64,000 bases of DNA from Dicyema japonicum (Eukaryota > Animalia > Dicyemida). The stretch's first letter is position 1, and each line of letters starts with the position of its first letter. The notes beneath the pieces are model-generated. The model did no database searches. It was given only the letters and a program-made list of their open reading frames with translations, and was not told where the DNA came from. The stretch lies in NCBI GenBank assembly GCA_011109175.1, contig RDEW01000062.1:124001-188000 (forward strand), read 5' to 3'. This document shows, piece by piece, positions 13,180 through 26,900 of the stretch. The translations under genes were made by a program, and so were the position numbers.

Positions 13180-14420
13180 CCAAGGTAATAAACCAACTAG
13201 CTACTAATTCTAACCTACTCACGTGATCTCGACACGTGATCGCATTTAAGCCTAATGATTTTCCTACGGGCCCACACAAACACTTATGAGACGTAGAACT
13301 AGATGGTCATAGGTGAACAGGCATGTCGCTCGGTTCTTACAAATTATTATTAGCAACATGACGTAGAATGTATAGAATTTTCTAAGTTGAGTTTAATAGG
13401 CTCGATCGATCGTTTTTCTCGATGTTTTTTTCATCATAGAAAAGATCGACTTCTAGCGATCACCATGCTCAGTTGACACAGCTGAAGACTTCCAGCTCAC
13501 GGGTTTTAATCGATGGAAGATGCGGGTTTGCTGTGAATTCCCTTACCGCTCTTCGTTATCTTCGAACAGCATTGAAAAGAAATTCCTGACAAGCGAGGTG
13601 AAAGAAGCTGTGGTACAGACTTTTGTTGACATCAAAGGAGAGGTTGGACATTGAAGTGACTTACTTTTTGTTTATTTTTAAATAAATTAATTAATGATAC
13701 AAAGTGATCCTGGCACGCTCCAACAGAAAGCTCAACTTGGCACAATGTTCCTCTTTCGAGCCCACACAAGCACGTATTGGCCGCACAACTGTATACTCGT
13801 AGTCGACGGGCCCGCTCCTAGGTTCATGCGGATTAGGAAAGTTTAGGACTGGGTGATTTCAGCCCCTCCATAATCCTGAGAGGTTTTTCGGAAGTTAAGA
13901 CTTTTCCCCAAATTTGATAATCTCGTTTTTGACATCCTGAGAAAAACACATGTGCATGTCGAATGTGACTCCCAAAATTTTATGGTGTTTGCTAAATGGG
14001 ATTTCGAAATTATCCGCTTTTAGCTTTACCGTCCGTCTGTTTAGTTTTCTATCAAAAGCGAACAACGAGGTGACTGATTTCTCAGGACTTATTTATAGGC
14101 GAATTCCTCTAACCAAACGTTAAGACGGTCCAGGTGCTGTTGCAAGCTTGATGTTGCAAACTGAATATAGGGTTTTCTCGACCAATAGCGTAACTTTCCC
14201 GATCAATAGCGTCAATTTATACTCATTAACATTGGGATAAGGGTAAATATATTTTTGGATAAAAAACATCTAAAAACTCATAATGAGGTCGGATTTTCAG
14301 TATCCTAAATAGCAAGACGGGGAGAGCTGTTTCAGGATCTTCTACATATATTCCTGTAGGAGCCCAGAACCAGAAGTTTCATTATTGAGTTATGTCGGTC
14401 ATTGCATCAATGACTAATAT
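13180..14420 (-). mobile_element. Decayed LINE remnants: RT tail plus two 'GIT*' 3' ends (13180-13300, 13660-13810)
   Basis: Minus strand HKFLGVTFD motif near 13960; cgtgcttgtgtgggc...ggatcac 3'-end motif. Confidence 0.55.
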
Positions 14421-14454
14421 TTCTGGAATCCTTAAAAAATCTTTGTTATGAAGA

Positions 14455-14720
14455 GGTAATTGAAGACCAGATGTCTTTAATAATGCCTGTTTCATCATTA
14501 TAAGGAAAATCTCCATGTTCATTACCCCTTACTTGCCATTTCTCAATCCAATTGAGAATTTATTCAGCTCATGGAAAAATAATGTATCCAGAGGAGTGCG
14601 GAAAATGAGAAAATTTAAAAAAAAGTTTATTTTTACCCTTAAAAAATTTAGTGACGCTATTGATCGGAAAGTGACACTAATCGTCGGAAACCGTATATCT
14701 TGATCACGTGAGGCCACAAT
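14455..14720 (+). mobile_element. Tc1/IS630-type DDE transposase fragment
   Basis: NNACFH upstream and TPYLPFLNPIENLFSSWKNNV (YSPxLNPIE motif). Confidence 0.7.
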
Positions 14721-14779
14721 ATTGTCATTATTGTAATGGAGATTCACAATAAGAGTTATATCCTTCCCGTCGTTTGTGC

Positions 14780-15030
14780 CACCGCCGGATGATACTGTCT
14801 GCTAGACTCCCCACGCACTTCTAAGATTACTCAGCCAAATAACAATGTCATCTGCATAATTAATCAATGCTAATATTAAGTAAGAATCACTAAGTAAACA
14901 ATAATTAGAAGGAAAACGCCATCGAGTTATCGCGGCTTCTCTCAGAAATACTCTCATCTTTGCCTTTGGTTGCTCTCGGGAACCGACACATTTTCGATAG
15001 CACCGTTTTTCTGGCGGTTTTACAATTTGG
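14780..15030 (-). mobile_element. LINE fragments: YADD segment and a 'GIT*'-family 3' end
   Basis: Minus strand LINYADDIVIW and RKCVGSREQPKAKMRVFLREAAIT. Confidence 0.55.
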
Positions 15031-15166
15031 GTGAATTAATGAGTGTTCTAAGTGATAATTCGCGAAATAATAAATAAATTATTATAATAAAATTAAAAAT
15101 TAATTAAAATTAAATAAATAAATTTAAAACATATTCACGTTGTTATCCTTTTGCTGTATTGCAATT

Positions 15167-17439
15167 ATGTTAATCATTACAGACTTGCCAAATCAACCAA
15201 TGGGGGATTATGCAAACAAAGAATATGAGGAATCACATAAAGATGGTCATATTAAGTACATTTATTCGTAGAAGAGAATATAATCGTCCTCGGCTCAGAT
15301 TCTGAAACGAGAGATGAATACTTACTGGATGATAATTATTCTGATTGTGAGATCACATCGTTGTTATGGTGTTAATATTACTAGTTGAAAATGAAAAATT
15401 CTCCAAGAGGATGAACATAGTAAACGAAAACAATATGAATACGAGAACAAATTGGCTCACGAAAACATTCTAAGACAAAATTTGATCAGCAAATTATCTA
15501 ACAAAACAAATTCAAATAATGTCTCCCCAGAAGAGAGGTATTAAGTTTAATTAATTTATATTTTTTTAATTTTTTTATAAATTTGAAATTTTATATAAAT
15601 TAGAATTACGCAATCTGAGAATTTTTCAATGTTTTCTGAAACTTCTGATAAAGTCTTAAATGATGTGAGGTTTTATATAAATGAGTTAAAGTCAACCAGT
15701 AAACCTGATGAAACTTCTGAAAAGTCAGAAACTGGTTTATATTTCCCTTTATTTTAGAAACTATTAACATTCTGAGAAAGTGTGTCGTTATGGTGCACAA
15801 TTTTCCCGTCAAAACAAGTGCAGAGTATTTGAGAACTTTCTTCAACAAATTCGGACCAGTTGTACGATTTTTTTACTTTTAGGTTTCCCGTTGTTTGGTC
15901 CTAGCGAAACCTGATGGAAAGAAGTTTGGATTTATTGAATTCGCTTCTCCCGAAGACGCCAAGAAGTGCCAAGAAAGTCCAGAACCAATCGTTATGGATG
16001 GAATTCGTTTGGTATTCGAACAGGTTGTTTTCCCATTGTTATCAGCCTAATCACCAAGTTTTGAAGATGCTTAGCTCTCAGAAGGGAACGATACCCCAAA
16101 ATCGTCCTGATTCTCTTAATGGTAAATTATGTTTTATTTTATTATTTTTATGCTATTTTTACTGATATATGTTTGGTAGATAAAATAAACTTTATGTAAC
16201 CTTGTAGTGCCTGAAACTAATACTGGGACGCGTCCAAAGATGAAGTGGGATGATTCTGACGACTCCTACGATGGGAGATTAACTAAGTCCAAGAGGGGAA
16301 ATAAGGATCCGCGTGACTTGAGTGGGTTGGACAGAGAATTGCCACCAAGGGGAAAACTTATGGTTCGTGCCAAAAACGAGGACTTTTCTGGAGGTCGCTC
16401 TCCAAAGACCGAAAGGACGCATGTTGCTAATAGTTATAAAAAGGAGGAGCAGAAACGTCATAGAGAAACGGATCATGCCGTTAAAGATGAATTTAAGGTC
16501 CGAACCCACAGAGAAGACAGAACATTTCCTAGGAATGACAGGCGGAACTTTGATGAAAGAGATCGTCAGTTTTCTTTTAAAAGGAACGACAGACGTTCAC
16601 CGATAACAAGAAAATCACCCATTAGAAGAGACAGAGGTTCCACGTACAGGGAAGAGAAACCCGACTTTAAAAGGGAGGAACGAGTATATCATCATGTGAG
16701 AGAACGTGGATCTTCAAGGAGTGAAAGAATTTCAAGTCATGGAAGAGACGCGAAGTTTATGAGAAGAGATGAGGAAAACTTCAAGTCACCTCGCAATGTT
16801 GAGCGAGAAGTCCCAGTGAGTTAATTGGTGAAATTGAATCTGCAGAATTACTACAAATCGCCTGAGAAATTTGGAGCCTTCTACAGATCTAAAGAGGAGC
16901 AGAAATACAGACCAGATTATAACCGGGATTGCCACTTCAATACTTTCTCGAGGGATTATGACATGAGAGGAGAGGAAATGCGGCTGAGAAGAGAGAAAGA
17001 AGAAATTAAGTAGAATCAAGATTTTTTCATCATTGATAGACGAGAGCGGTTGAAGTTAGAAAGAGAACGAGAAAGACTTGAAGAGGAAAAACGAAATCTC
17101 GGTCGGTTTGCTGAAAGTCAAATGGGCCGTCCCAACAGCTTAAACTACAGGCGAACTTCTCGTGGAAGTGATTTTGACAGATTCCACGTACCCACACCAG
17201 ATCATTACTCCCCTGTAAAGCGCCGATATGAATATTCAAATCCTGAAAATCGTCCGAGATATTCAGGTGAACAATGGAGACATGGTGAACGGGAAGATTG
17301 CAGGTCATCATCTCCACGTGATAGAAGGCCATTTGCTCAGCAATACGTTTTAACTTTGGTTTTATTGAATTACTAGTCTCCCGGATTTTATAGTGGATCT
17401 GGTCGATCACGAAATGATCGTTTTCAAAAGGACTACTGA
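15167..17439 (+). CDS. RRM protein with acidic N-terminus and Arg/Glu/Ser-rich C-terminus (SAFB/SLTM-like); start codon uncertain
   Basis: Spliced RRM VMVHNFPVKTSAEYLRTFFNKFGPV-VSRCLV..KKFGFIEFASPEDAKKC; ORFs 16207..16824 and 17050..17376 are R/E/S-rich (LERERERLEEEK); one apparent homopolymer frameshift near 15395. Confidence 0.65.
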
Positions 17440-18094
17440 ATTTGTTGATGTATTTTTTCTGATTAATTAGTGATTCATAATTAATTAAAATAAAATTCGG
17501 AGATTTAATTTTTGAAATTTTATTTATTGTTCGAAATTTTATTATAATTAATAAAAGGAAAGAAAGCAGACTAAACAGAATTCACAAAAATAGGAAGAAT
17601 GAGTACACTGTTAATGATAAGTGGTAAACAACATGGTCCCTTTGTAGGAGAAAGTGAGGATATTATATGAAGTAAAAATTTATTAAATGCGGCTATTCAT
17701 AAACTAAAGAATTTATGGGTTAAACCAAAATCCATAAACATAAATAAAACTAAGATTAATTTTGTAAAATTCGTTTGGCGATACTATACTTCTATACAAC
17801 GTTTGGATGGGTCACTTCAAAACAAGAACTGGAGAGGTTAGGTTATTTTCATAGGAATCACTGACAAATTCGACTAAAGCATTTTACAAGAAACGAGACT
17901 CCTGTACACACGCGAGGGCCTGTCGCGAGCTTCGATTATTTGACAAACGACGATGAGTTTCTTAAGGGCTTATTCCAATATTAATGAGCGTGGACAGGTG
18001 TCTAGTTTTGATTTAAAGTATTTTATATTATTATTATTGTTTTTTAAAGACGATTATTATTATTTTAAAGACGATTATTTAACAAAGAAACAAA

Positions 18095-18180
18095 TGTTAG
18101 TTGAGGAAGCCGGCTACGTGGATCGCTAACGAGTTCCATCGGAGTATGGCCATTCCAATCTTTTGTCTCAGTATTTTATT
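18095..18180 (-). mobile_element. CRE-like 3' end fragment
   Basis: RQKIGMAILRWNSL C-terminus, closely similar to 28987-29180. Confidence 0.6.
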
Positions 18181-18504
18181 ATTGCATTTGTAAGAAGAGT
18201 ATTTAAATAAGCAACTTAAAAAATCAAGATTTGATTGTTTTACGCACGTGCGGTGTCTCCTATTGTCCCTTATCTCCGGTATCTCGTAATAGTGCCTAGA
18301 AATGATTAAATTGAAAGTTTTTGAAGTTAGCATTGAAGGTCACGCCACTTGACATGATGATATTGATCGAAATTTTCAGAAATTCAAACTCTTCATATCT
18401 GGTTCACTCACTTTTTCGGCAATGTTTTAAGTCAAGGACTTAAATGAAACTAAGTCAGTAACAAATTCGACCTTTAACCACGTGGGTGGGTCTATTAGTT
18501 AGTG

Positions 18505-18552
18505 ATATAAAAATTACTAATCAGTGATATAAAAATTACTAATCAGTGATTA
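18505..18552 (+). repeat. Short tandem duplication (about 22 bp, two copies)
   Basis: agtgatataaaaattactaatc repeated. Confidence 0.8.
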
Positions 18553-18589
18553 TTGATTAAACCTAAAGGTCAAACTTTGTTATTTGTTT

Positions 18590-18730
18590 TAGGCCAGCAC
18601 CGTCTGCATGTGACGACCAAATTCATCTTCCAATAATCCATTACAGGCTTCCGCTTCTGAAGAGAGGTGAGAAGTAGGTCCCCTTTTTCCATTTTCATAC
18701 ACCTCTTACCGTCACAGACGCATGACTCCT
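18590..18730 (-). repeat. Dispersed repeat family B, copy 1 (probable LINE 3' region)
   Basis: accaaattcatc..ccattaca..cttccg..gaagagaggtga(g)aagtaggt shared with 33490-33800 and 52010-52250. Confidence 0.7.
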
Positions 18731-18849
18731 ATCGTCGAACTAATCTCCAAAATTGCATTTTAACTAAAATATAAAAATCAAAATTTTGATCTCTTTTACC
18801 TAGGAACCCGCTCACGAGGTCCCTTGATTTACCAGCGATGAAATTACCG

Positions 18850-19270
18850 GTTACCAAAGAATGACTCTTTCTTGGTTGATAGGAAGGACCTACTGTAATA
18901 AATACAGTTTCACCCCATCTGCGAGTAAGATATACAGGTTTCTTAGTAATGGAATAAGATTGCCAGTCGCGAGTTTAAATGCAAATCCGGTTTGCTGTCA
19001 GATGATAGTTTCAAATCAAGATGGAACCTCTTTGGTCAGACGTCTAAATGACTAGGTCCCCGCAAATGTTGCAATGGACAACTACTTGGCACACACAGGA
19101 GCCGGATTCCGTGGAAGGTCAAGAACGCACTTCCGACTATTTTGACCTATCGGCGGTTGGTTTAGACTAACTTCGGCAGACGACCTGGACTACCTAAGAG
19201 AACTAGCATGCAACAGAAGATCATGGTCGAGGCTGACGGAGAGGATGATTCTGAATACGGCACAAGGGAA
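18850..19270 (+). mobile_element. RTE-like LINE C-terminal fragment
   Basis: PANVAMDNYL..GFRGR..SADDLDYLRELACNRRSW. Confidence 0.6.
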
Positions 19271-19329
19271 ACTTAACTAATTTTCTTTTTTTCGGAAGTG
19301 CTTTTTAATAATAAAGTCGCGAAATTTAC

Positions 19330-20800
19330 TATCGACTCTAACACAGAAACCACTTTTCTGATACGTTTTGGCTTCTCAATTTGGGGGTTTGATATAACGT
19401 GAGAATCGCCCAGGTGGTCACCAACGAGATGATTCATTGCCCACTTCTCGAAACACTATTGCAATAAGACAAAACATGTCTTTGCTGTGAAGGATCGCAT
19501 GTTTTTCCGGAATGCCTGGAACCAATTAACGAAAGATCATGTATCTACTGTGGATCAACCGGTCACTGGGTCAACCATTGGGGCTTTAGGTGGCTAGGAA
19601 AGCAATGACCTTTATACGAAGACCAGATGACTATGGTGTGAAACATGGGTGGAAGAAGAACAAAACTCCTCCCTTTTCACTCTACCCAGTTGAGAAACAA
19701 TAGGTCAACATCCATATGATGAATAAAAGAGGAGCTACCGATGATAAATGGATACCAAAATATATCCTTAACGTGGAAAGATTGAGCTATTTTCTGGAGT
19801 CCCCACTTTAGAGTTATCCGAGAATAATTGCCTCCACTTTTTAAGAATTCATTTCAATTAAATTATATTGCTTCAAAGATGGATTTCTGTCTGCGGATTG
19901 TATTCAAAGAGCCTGAAGATATGCACTGAAGAGATCACAAATTTCTTCATCTATGCGAGAGCATCAATTGTGGTTGGAGATCTAACTCCAAGTACCAATG
20001 CTTTGGCTGCAGAAAAACAAAGCAGAATGGATGCTTGGTGAAGACTCTATCTGGCCAGATTTTGCGTGCTAACGTCTAAGGAGATCGATCAATTCTCTTC
20101 TTATGGAGGAGATAGATGTTCCTTGTCTCTTCTCTTCTTATGGAGTACACAAATCCACCTAACGATTACAAAAGATAGGAAATTATCATTTTCCTAGATA
20201 ATGAAAATCAATCTCACTCAAACAAAGAGAGCCTCTGGATTGTTTGTAGGCTAAAACACCGTTCGGTGTACTAGAACCAGTATAGGATCTTTGTCGCAAC
20301 TAGGCTGACTCGATTTCACATTTTTCTTGACGATAAGCGAATCGTCCGGAAGAATGTGAAGATAAGAGACATAATGATAAGTCGGCTTCCTGAAGAACTA
20401 ACAGTAAGGTTTCCTTCTGGGAGATCTATTGGAGACCTTTTTTTCTAAACTCAAAAATAGTCAAAGCGAGAGACTCAAGTGTCATCTGAGCGTCTTTTTC
20501 CTTGATATATCGAAAGCCTTGCAAATTGTCAGTGGAAATTCGCTCAATTATAAGAGCAGGCAGAAATTGCTAACTTTTCAACTTCTTAAAAATGGCTAGG
20601 TCTTCTGAAAGCCTCCTTGAAGAAAAGATTCTTGCCTACAGGAGTATCCTCGTAAATTTGAAAATAAACTTTCTCTTTTTGGACACTTGTGAAAGATTCC
20701 AGACAAAACCAGAACAGAGAGAGATGCACTGACACCTGGATCACTTAATTTAGACGATAACTTTTTCTTCTTTCTTATGTTCTCTGGGTTATAAGAACAA
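19330..20800 (+). mobile_element. Highly decayed LINE (ORF1 zinc knuckles, then endonuclease/RT remnants)
   Basis: CLCCEGSH and CIYCGSTGHW knuckles near 19480-19570, then IVVGDL-type AP-endonuclease remnant near 19970. Confidence 0.5.
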
Positions 20801-20875
20801 TATAAAGAATTGGAGGAATAGAAAAAAAGATTAGACAGGAAGATTAGTGTTTCTGTTAATTATTGTTGTTTAGTG

Positions 20876-21905
20876 CACTGTTTCTCAACCTTTATTTGTA
20901 TCGCCCCTATGAAAAAATTTTCGCCCGGTAATAATTTGTCCCCCATAATAATTATAGTAATGTTACAAGGGCTTCACACGCTCTCTTGCCATTTCAGCAG
21001 TGGCCAGGGATGCCGCCATCGACGGGGTTGTGAAGCTCTTCCATGAAGCGTTAGAATTCCCGTTATCACTAGAACCGGTGGGCCTGGATCGTGGAGATGG
21101 AAAACCATGGGTAACTTTCTTCCCTTTATCTCGTGAGAAATGTTTGATTAGGGATGTGGCCTGCGTCGAAACCTTTTCCCAGTCGAGACTTTCAGGTTCT
21201 GCGTTGAAAGTTGGGAAAGCAGTTCGAGCATTCGAGAATTTCAAAATAAGAAAATATGATAGCCTCTTAACAAGATTCTATATACATCCCGTAGTCGTCG
21301 AGAGACCAGAATCTTCGGACCCAAGATGGTCTCTTCTAAGATTTTACTTTTGATTACTTCAAAAAATTCTTAAACTGCATAATTATCATAGTTCTGGAAT
21401 GACTCACATAATGCTTGTTTGAGTTAAATCCATATTTTAGGCTTCTAACCATTCATGCTATAAATTCAGTCAGGTCTCTTGATCAGACTTATTTTTACTT
21501 AAAGTCGAATATCACCTCGATCAAAAATTTTAAATTGGTTTCGTTCAAAATGAATTCAATATCTTTACATTGTTATAGAGCCGTGCTTCCCGATTGGTGG
21601 TGCTTGCATTCACTAAGGGAGCGAGAAATAATTTTAAAAATCATGATTACTTGTACATATTTGCAAATGATCTTCAAATTCAGGAAATGATCTTGAATGT
21701 TTGAAGGCTAAAAGGTCACGATACGATATCCAAGGAACGCTTCCGAAGCTTGAATTTACCTGCATTGACGAATTGTTACTTTTGGCGTCATTCAAAGTAA
21801 CATATGAAGCTGCGAAATCAAAGAAGCCACATGCTATTGCAGAGACTCTTATTAATAAAGCCATGTGCATTGGAAATGGTGAAAACAGTTCTGAATTGCA
21901 CTAGC
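20876..21905 (+). mobile_element. hAT Buster-type transposon 5' part, interrupted by a CRE fragment
   Basis: Terminus CACTGTTTCTCAACC at 20876; ORF 21701..21904 LASFKVTYEAAKSKKPHAIAETLI (ZBED5/Buster-like). Confidence 0.65.
20960..21350 (+). mobile_element. CRE-like endonuclease fragment
   Basis: ORF 21000..21353: LEPVGLDRGDGKP..FPLSREKCLIRDVACVET..KIRKY. Confidence 0.75.
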
Positions 21906-21949
21906 AAACAAAAAAACCACATCCACATTTAGTTAATTAAAGCACATCC

Positions 21950-22650
21950 GCGTTACCAGTAAACACTGCCTATGGTTTCGCTTGTGCATGTTTTTCGACA
22001 ATCCTTTCCGTTAACCTTCTCCATCTCTTTCGTTGTCGTGCTCGCCTCCTGATTTCGTCTAGATCGTCTGCATCCATCAGTCGGCCCCATCATACCATAA
22101 TCCTCAGCAAGTGTCCTGGGAAGACAACTTATTGGACGTCTTCTGAATGTAGAAGATACAGTATGGCTGAAAAATTTTTCCATGGGGGCCAATTCGGAAA
22201 GCGCTGTTATAGAAGATGCTTGTGTTGCGCATGTTCTAATAAACGTCGATATTGTAGTTGACCAGGAAAATCAAACCGAATTTTCAAATTTTCTTGATAT
22301 TCCAGGGTTTCTACAGCAAATGATTATTAAAAACACGTTCACAGAACCGAAGAACGTTATGTTTACTAAGGTCCACGTTGTGTTTACGTTTGTGCCAGAC
22401 GTTTCGAAATTTTCTTCAATAGGCGTCTCCACCGGCCCTTGTCATTTTTATTGCTCGTCGGTCCACACATATTTTTCTTCCAATCCCATTAAGATCCTTA
22501 TTTAGAGCCGCGGGGATAGTGGCTTTAGGCTTTCCATTGTTAAGTATACAGCACATATTAAGTCTAAAGGATGGGGCACCGATTATTATGACGAAAAAAC
22601 TTAAAGTTAGCAGACTCTGAGGGAAGCTAACTGCGCAAGTTAAATTAAAA
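21950..22650 (-). mobile_element. RTE-like LINE 3' fragment
   Basis: FRRRPISCLPRTLAEDYG segment homologous to the 18850 and 24700 RTE pieces. Confidence 0.5.
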
Positions 22651-22945
22651 AGTAAAAAGTCCAAAACTAACTAATTTCTTTATCCTGACGCGTTTCCAAA
22701 CCCAAGGACCCTCACCCCAGCATAAGTGATCCAGAGAGTTAGTTTCCGGGAAGCTGAGGTCAATTCCAGAAACTCATGGCCAGGAGCAAATTGTCTCCCG
22801 GTGGAATGAATAGATAGATCGTTTTGAATGTCGGGCCAGGGGCATCGAGCGTCTCTTAGGTTAGGCGGATCCATTGACGCCACCAAAGGGAAGGAAAAGA
22901 TCTTCAATCAGGTAACCGCATGGCAACCACGTGGTCATCTCAGTT
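22640..22945 (-). mobile_element. 'GIT*'-family LINE 3' end
   Basis: Shares gctgaggtcaattccagaaactcatgg with 25560 and tgacgcgtttc with 48875; ends gaaacgcgtcaggat..ttagttagtttt. Confidence 0.6.
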
Positions 22946-23065
22946 GTTAATTTAATATAATAATAATTAGTATAAATTCTGCAAAATTCCTTATTTACAA
23001 AAATAAATTTAAACAAAACCACAAATTAAGAACACCATATATTAGAATCAAAAAAGAAATGGACC

Positions 23066-23992
23066 CTAAGCCCTTGCTGCCTGAGCACCTTCATTCTCCT
23101 TAATCAGATTTTCCCGCTCTTCTTTAGTATAGAAATAAATATTGGTATTTTTCTGGCAGGAGAAATTAGAAATGTTGGCATCAGTAGTTGAAGATGCTTT
23201 GGTTATAGTTAGCAACTTCAAATTTTTCAGGAATCAATTTCCCAGCTAGAGAAGACTTTGTAAGCACGTGGAATGCTAAACTTCACAGCTTCTTGCAAGG
23301 TTAAATCGCTTTTATAATCTTTTTTAAGTATTTCAATAGCGCCCTAAAAATAAATTTAAAAAATAAATATTAAAATAAATTAAATTCAAACCCCACTGTT
23401 GTTTCCAATGCACGTGGCCTTGTAACCAACATAATTTCCACTTGGGTCACAGCAAAATAACTGAAGTCCCTTCTGTTTATCCCAGCCTGCGTAAATAAAA
23501 GAGACGCCAAAAGGTCTCAACCCCCCATACAAAGTGTAACCATGCTTTAACTCGCACAAAGTTAGAACCAAGTCCTCACATCGAATAGGTTCCTGATGGG
23601 TCACATAATGTCTTAGTTATGAAAAAATTGAACCTTCTTGAGTACCTTTTCAGTTCTTCGACTAAAACACTTGCGTCTGCTGTAGCGCCGGCAACCGTGC
23701 AGATCATATCACTAAAATGAGCTGTTTTGTATACTCATGAATTTGATATATTTTCTCAGCATGTGAAGGAAACGTCGAGAAGGGATGAACTGCTCTTTTT
23801 TCGGCGACAATTACGATACCTTCCAGACAGTGAATCCCGATGCAGGGTGACGAGTTTTCAATAGCTTTCATTGCATATTCAATTTGGTGCAGACGGCCTC
23901 AAGTAAGATAGAAAAAAATAAACCTTCAGGAGAAAAAGTTGTAGTATGAGAATCATATTTTCTCGACTAGATAACTAACAATAACGAACCAT
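23066..23992 (-). CDS. PSMA4: Proteasome subunit alpha type-4 (alpha3); two apparent +1 frame breaks near 23280 and 23210
   Basis: [67 protein letters not shown]. Confidence 0.95.
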
Positions 23993-24144
23993 ATGATGGA
24001 AGTGTACTAAATAATTTAAATAAAATAATTACTAAAATAATATTTAAATTATTATTAAAGTTTTTAATCAATTAGCTAGAAATTGTGGCGCTGCGCTATC
24101 AACCAGAGATTTGAAAGTGCAACAACAGTCCTGAGAATTGACCT

Positions 24145-24940
24145 CTACCTCTCTAGGGCCTTTGACACGGTCCGCCGTGGTCTACTTCTCAGGATACTGG
24201 AATAATTCTTGGACCCTGATTCTGTCAGTATGATCAGAGTGTTGCTATCTAACACAAAGCTCAGAGTGCGGGTCGGTAAGACGTTTTCCCGTGAATTTAC
24301 GTGCAATGTTGGTGCTCCCCAGGGAGATTCCCTCTTGCCCCTGCTATTTGTCATATATCTGGAGGCGGCATTACAAGATCTTCGGAAGTTCTATGATGGC
24401 AACATCGTCGAAATTGCCTATGCGGACGACGTCGACCTTGTGTCAAAAGACAAATCGGCACTGGTGGCACCTGCTGAGCTGAAACGATGGTTCCTTGGAA
24501 TGAACACCGCAAAAACTGACATTGTGGAAATCAGGAGAATGGAAAGCAGATCAGGTGAAACATGACGAAAAACAAACAAACTTGGCTCTTTACTTGGAGA
24601 CTTCAAGATATTGCCAGAAGGAAGGCCCTTGCTTGGAAAACGATGAACAAGTTGATGAAAGAGTGGTTGGCAAACGGCAATCCTGCACATAACTTTGTTT
24701 GAGACTGTATGAAGCCTATGTCAAGCCGATCCTAATATACAATTCATCGACCTGGGGGACGTCCAAAAGCGAACAACTTGGACTAGACTTTTTCCATCAA
24801 AGACAACTTAGATCGCTACTAGGACTGAACTGGCCAGCAAGAATAAACAAGGAATCGCTGTACAAGAGATGTTGCACGGGTCCACTGAGTCTCGAAATTG
24901 CTGATATGCGCTGGAGGTTTAAATTCATATCATTTAAAAT
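24145..24940 (+). mobile_element. RTE-like LINE reverse transcriptase fragment
   Basis: GAPQGDSLLPLLFVIYL, AYADD, RLYEAYVKPILIYNSSTWG, HQRQLRSLLG. Confidence 0.85.
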
Positions 24941-26439
24941 TCTCGTCACTTGGTTGAAGATTTCTTTTCTACTGTTTCTGTTCTTCTTTGTTCTCTAGAG
25001 TGGAGCCATGTGATCCACCTTTTTTCAGGTGGCAGCCAATGATTATTAACTTCAGATATTAACTTTTATTAACTTCAGGTCAATAAATGAATAAGAGTGT
25101 ACGTTCGATATACACATGGAGCATCTCATGGAACATAGAAAATGTACTGAAAATGGAAGAAAATCAATTTACTGATGAATATCTTAGGACTATGATAGAT
25201 CGGCAAATCCTAGAAATGTCATACAGAGTACATAAAGGCATGAATTTTGAAACATGCGGTTTTTGGACTCCACCCGATCTCTTGAAACAATTACTGAGAT
25301 CACAGCTATTTGGAAAAGGACGTACAGAATGGCAGAATAGTGAATAATTTGAAAGAAATCACTGTCACCAACTCTGAAAACCTTAATTTATCTAAACATC
25401 GCAGGGCGTCAATTACATCTTGACCGTACTGTTCTCATTCCATTACGGTCTTGTATGGACTCAATGGAGGAGCACCGAGTCATGTTGAGGGCTTAGTTTG
25501 AAAATGTTAACCGATAAATTCATTGCTGATAAATTTTAAGGGACCACGTGGGGTAGGTTCGCGGGGAGAGTGGCTGAGGTCAAATTCCAGAAACTCATGG
25601 TCAGGGACCTATATAGAGAATGTTTAAAATTTGTTTTTTTATATTATAGTTAAAATTTTGGGGGTTAATTCGGCGATAGAAACCACGTGGCCTGGAAAAA
25701 GAGTGTTATTTTGTAAGCAGGAAGGTTGGTTCTTGGTTTGTAAAGAGGAGGTAATTGGTAGTGAAAATTACCCTGGGAATTTTACTGAGGAGATTGTTTG
25801 ACAGTTTAAGTTAAAAGACGAGCCTCGAGGACGATTATAACGTAAGTTGGAAGGCGTGGTCGTAAGAACGTCGAAAATTAAATTACTGAGAAAGAGGATC
25901 TCCAGGCACAGGGATAATCATCTTCAGTTTTTCTAAATGTTCTGTCGAATCTTTTGTTATATCAATTGAAAACAATGAGTGTTCTCCGGTGGTTGAGATT
26001 GTTAAACCATTGGCGATTAAAAGAAAGATGTAAGATATGAGTTTCAGGTAGAATGAAAAAAAAAGGAATCTGTGTTGGGATTCTGTAACAACAGGTATGA
26101 TGTGATAAAATTCAAATGTGGCTCATTTCGCACTTTTCGAAACAATAGCATAGCAAAAGGCAAGACTGTCCACAACTCATTCTTTTTTCTATAGTTAACT
26201 AAAAGAGTGTAATTATGATATTGATAAGTTCCCCCTAACTTTTAGCCATCTTCTGAACATGAAATCTCCAACAGCGAAAGTTTTTGTGGTAGGGAAGTAA
26301 TGACGTATCAATAAATTGTCTCAAAGGATTGCACATTAGTGTTGCTAGGAGAAGGCCGGTGTGAGGACTAGAAGGGTTTCTGTTTTGAGTGATTCTTTTT
26401 GACTGTTTTCCAAAAGACCACCAAAAAAGGTTAAATCAA

Positions 26440-26900
26440 CTAATTAGTGACTCCGACTTACAATAAACATCCGAACACTCTGCGAGTGTTAGCAGTGTCT
26501 TACTCTCTTCGAACCTACTGGTATGTCTCCGAAGAATCTATTGGAGTGCCCTTATTTATAGTCGATCGGAATTTTTTCTGTGTAAATCATCTTTGCTCTG
26601 AATGGGTTTTCTATGTTTTACATAACCATAAGAAACCCTGGGCCATTTCTCAATTCTTTTTGAAAGGAGTAGCTATGGATGAGCTGTATGGTTTTCCGCC
26701 TGAGCGAGTTTATACACTAGATCCTTAAAGAGGAAAAATGAAGGGAGAATCTCTAGGAGAAAACAAAGCATATTCAATTGTCGGCGCAATAACTCGAGTA
26801 TAGATCTTATGTGACCCAATATGGGGAGTAACCTTGACTTTGAAGTAGTTTTTATTAATCCTGAATCTTCACGACAACCAGTAAACAATTTTTCCAGTCA
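26440..26900 (+). mobile_element. Tc1-like transposase remnant
   Basis: MDELYGF..RVYT followed by YSIVGAI segment, typical of the first catalytic Asp region; multiple stops. Confidence 0.4.
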
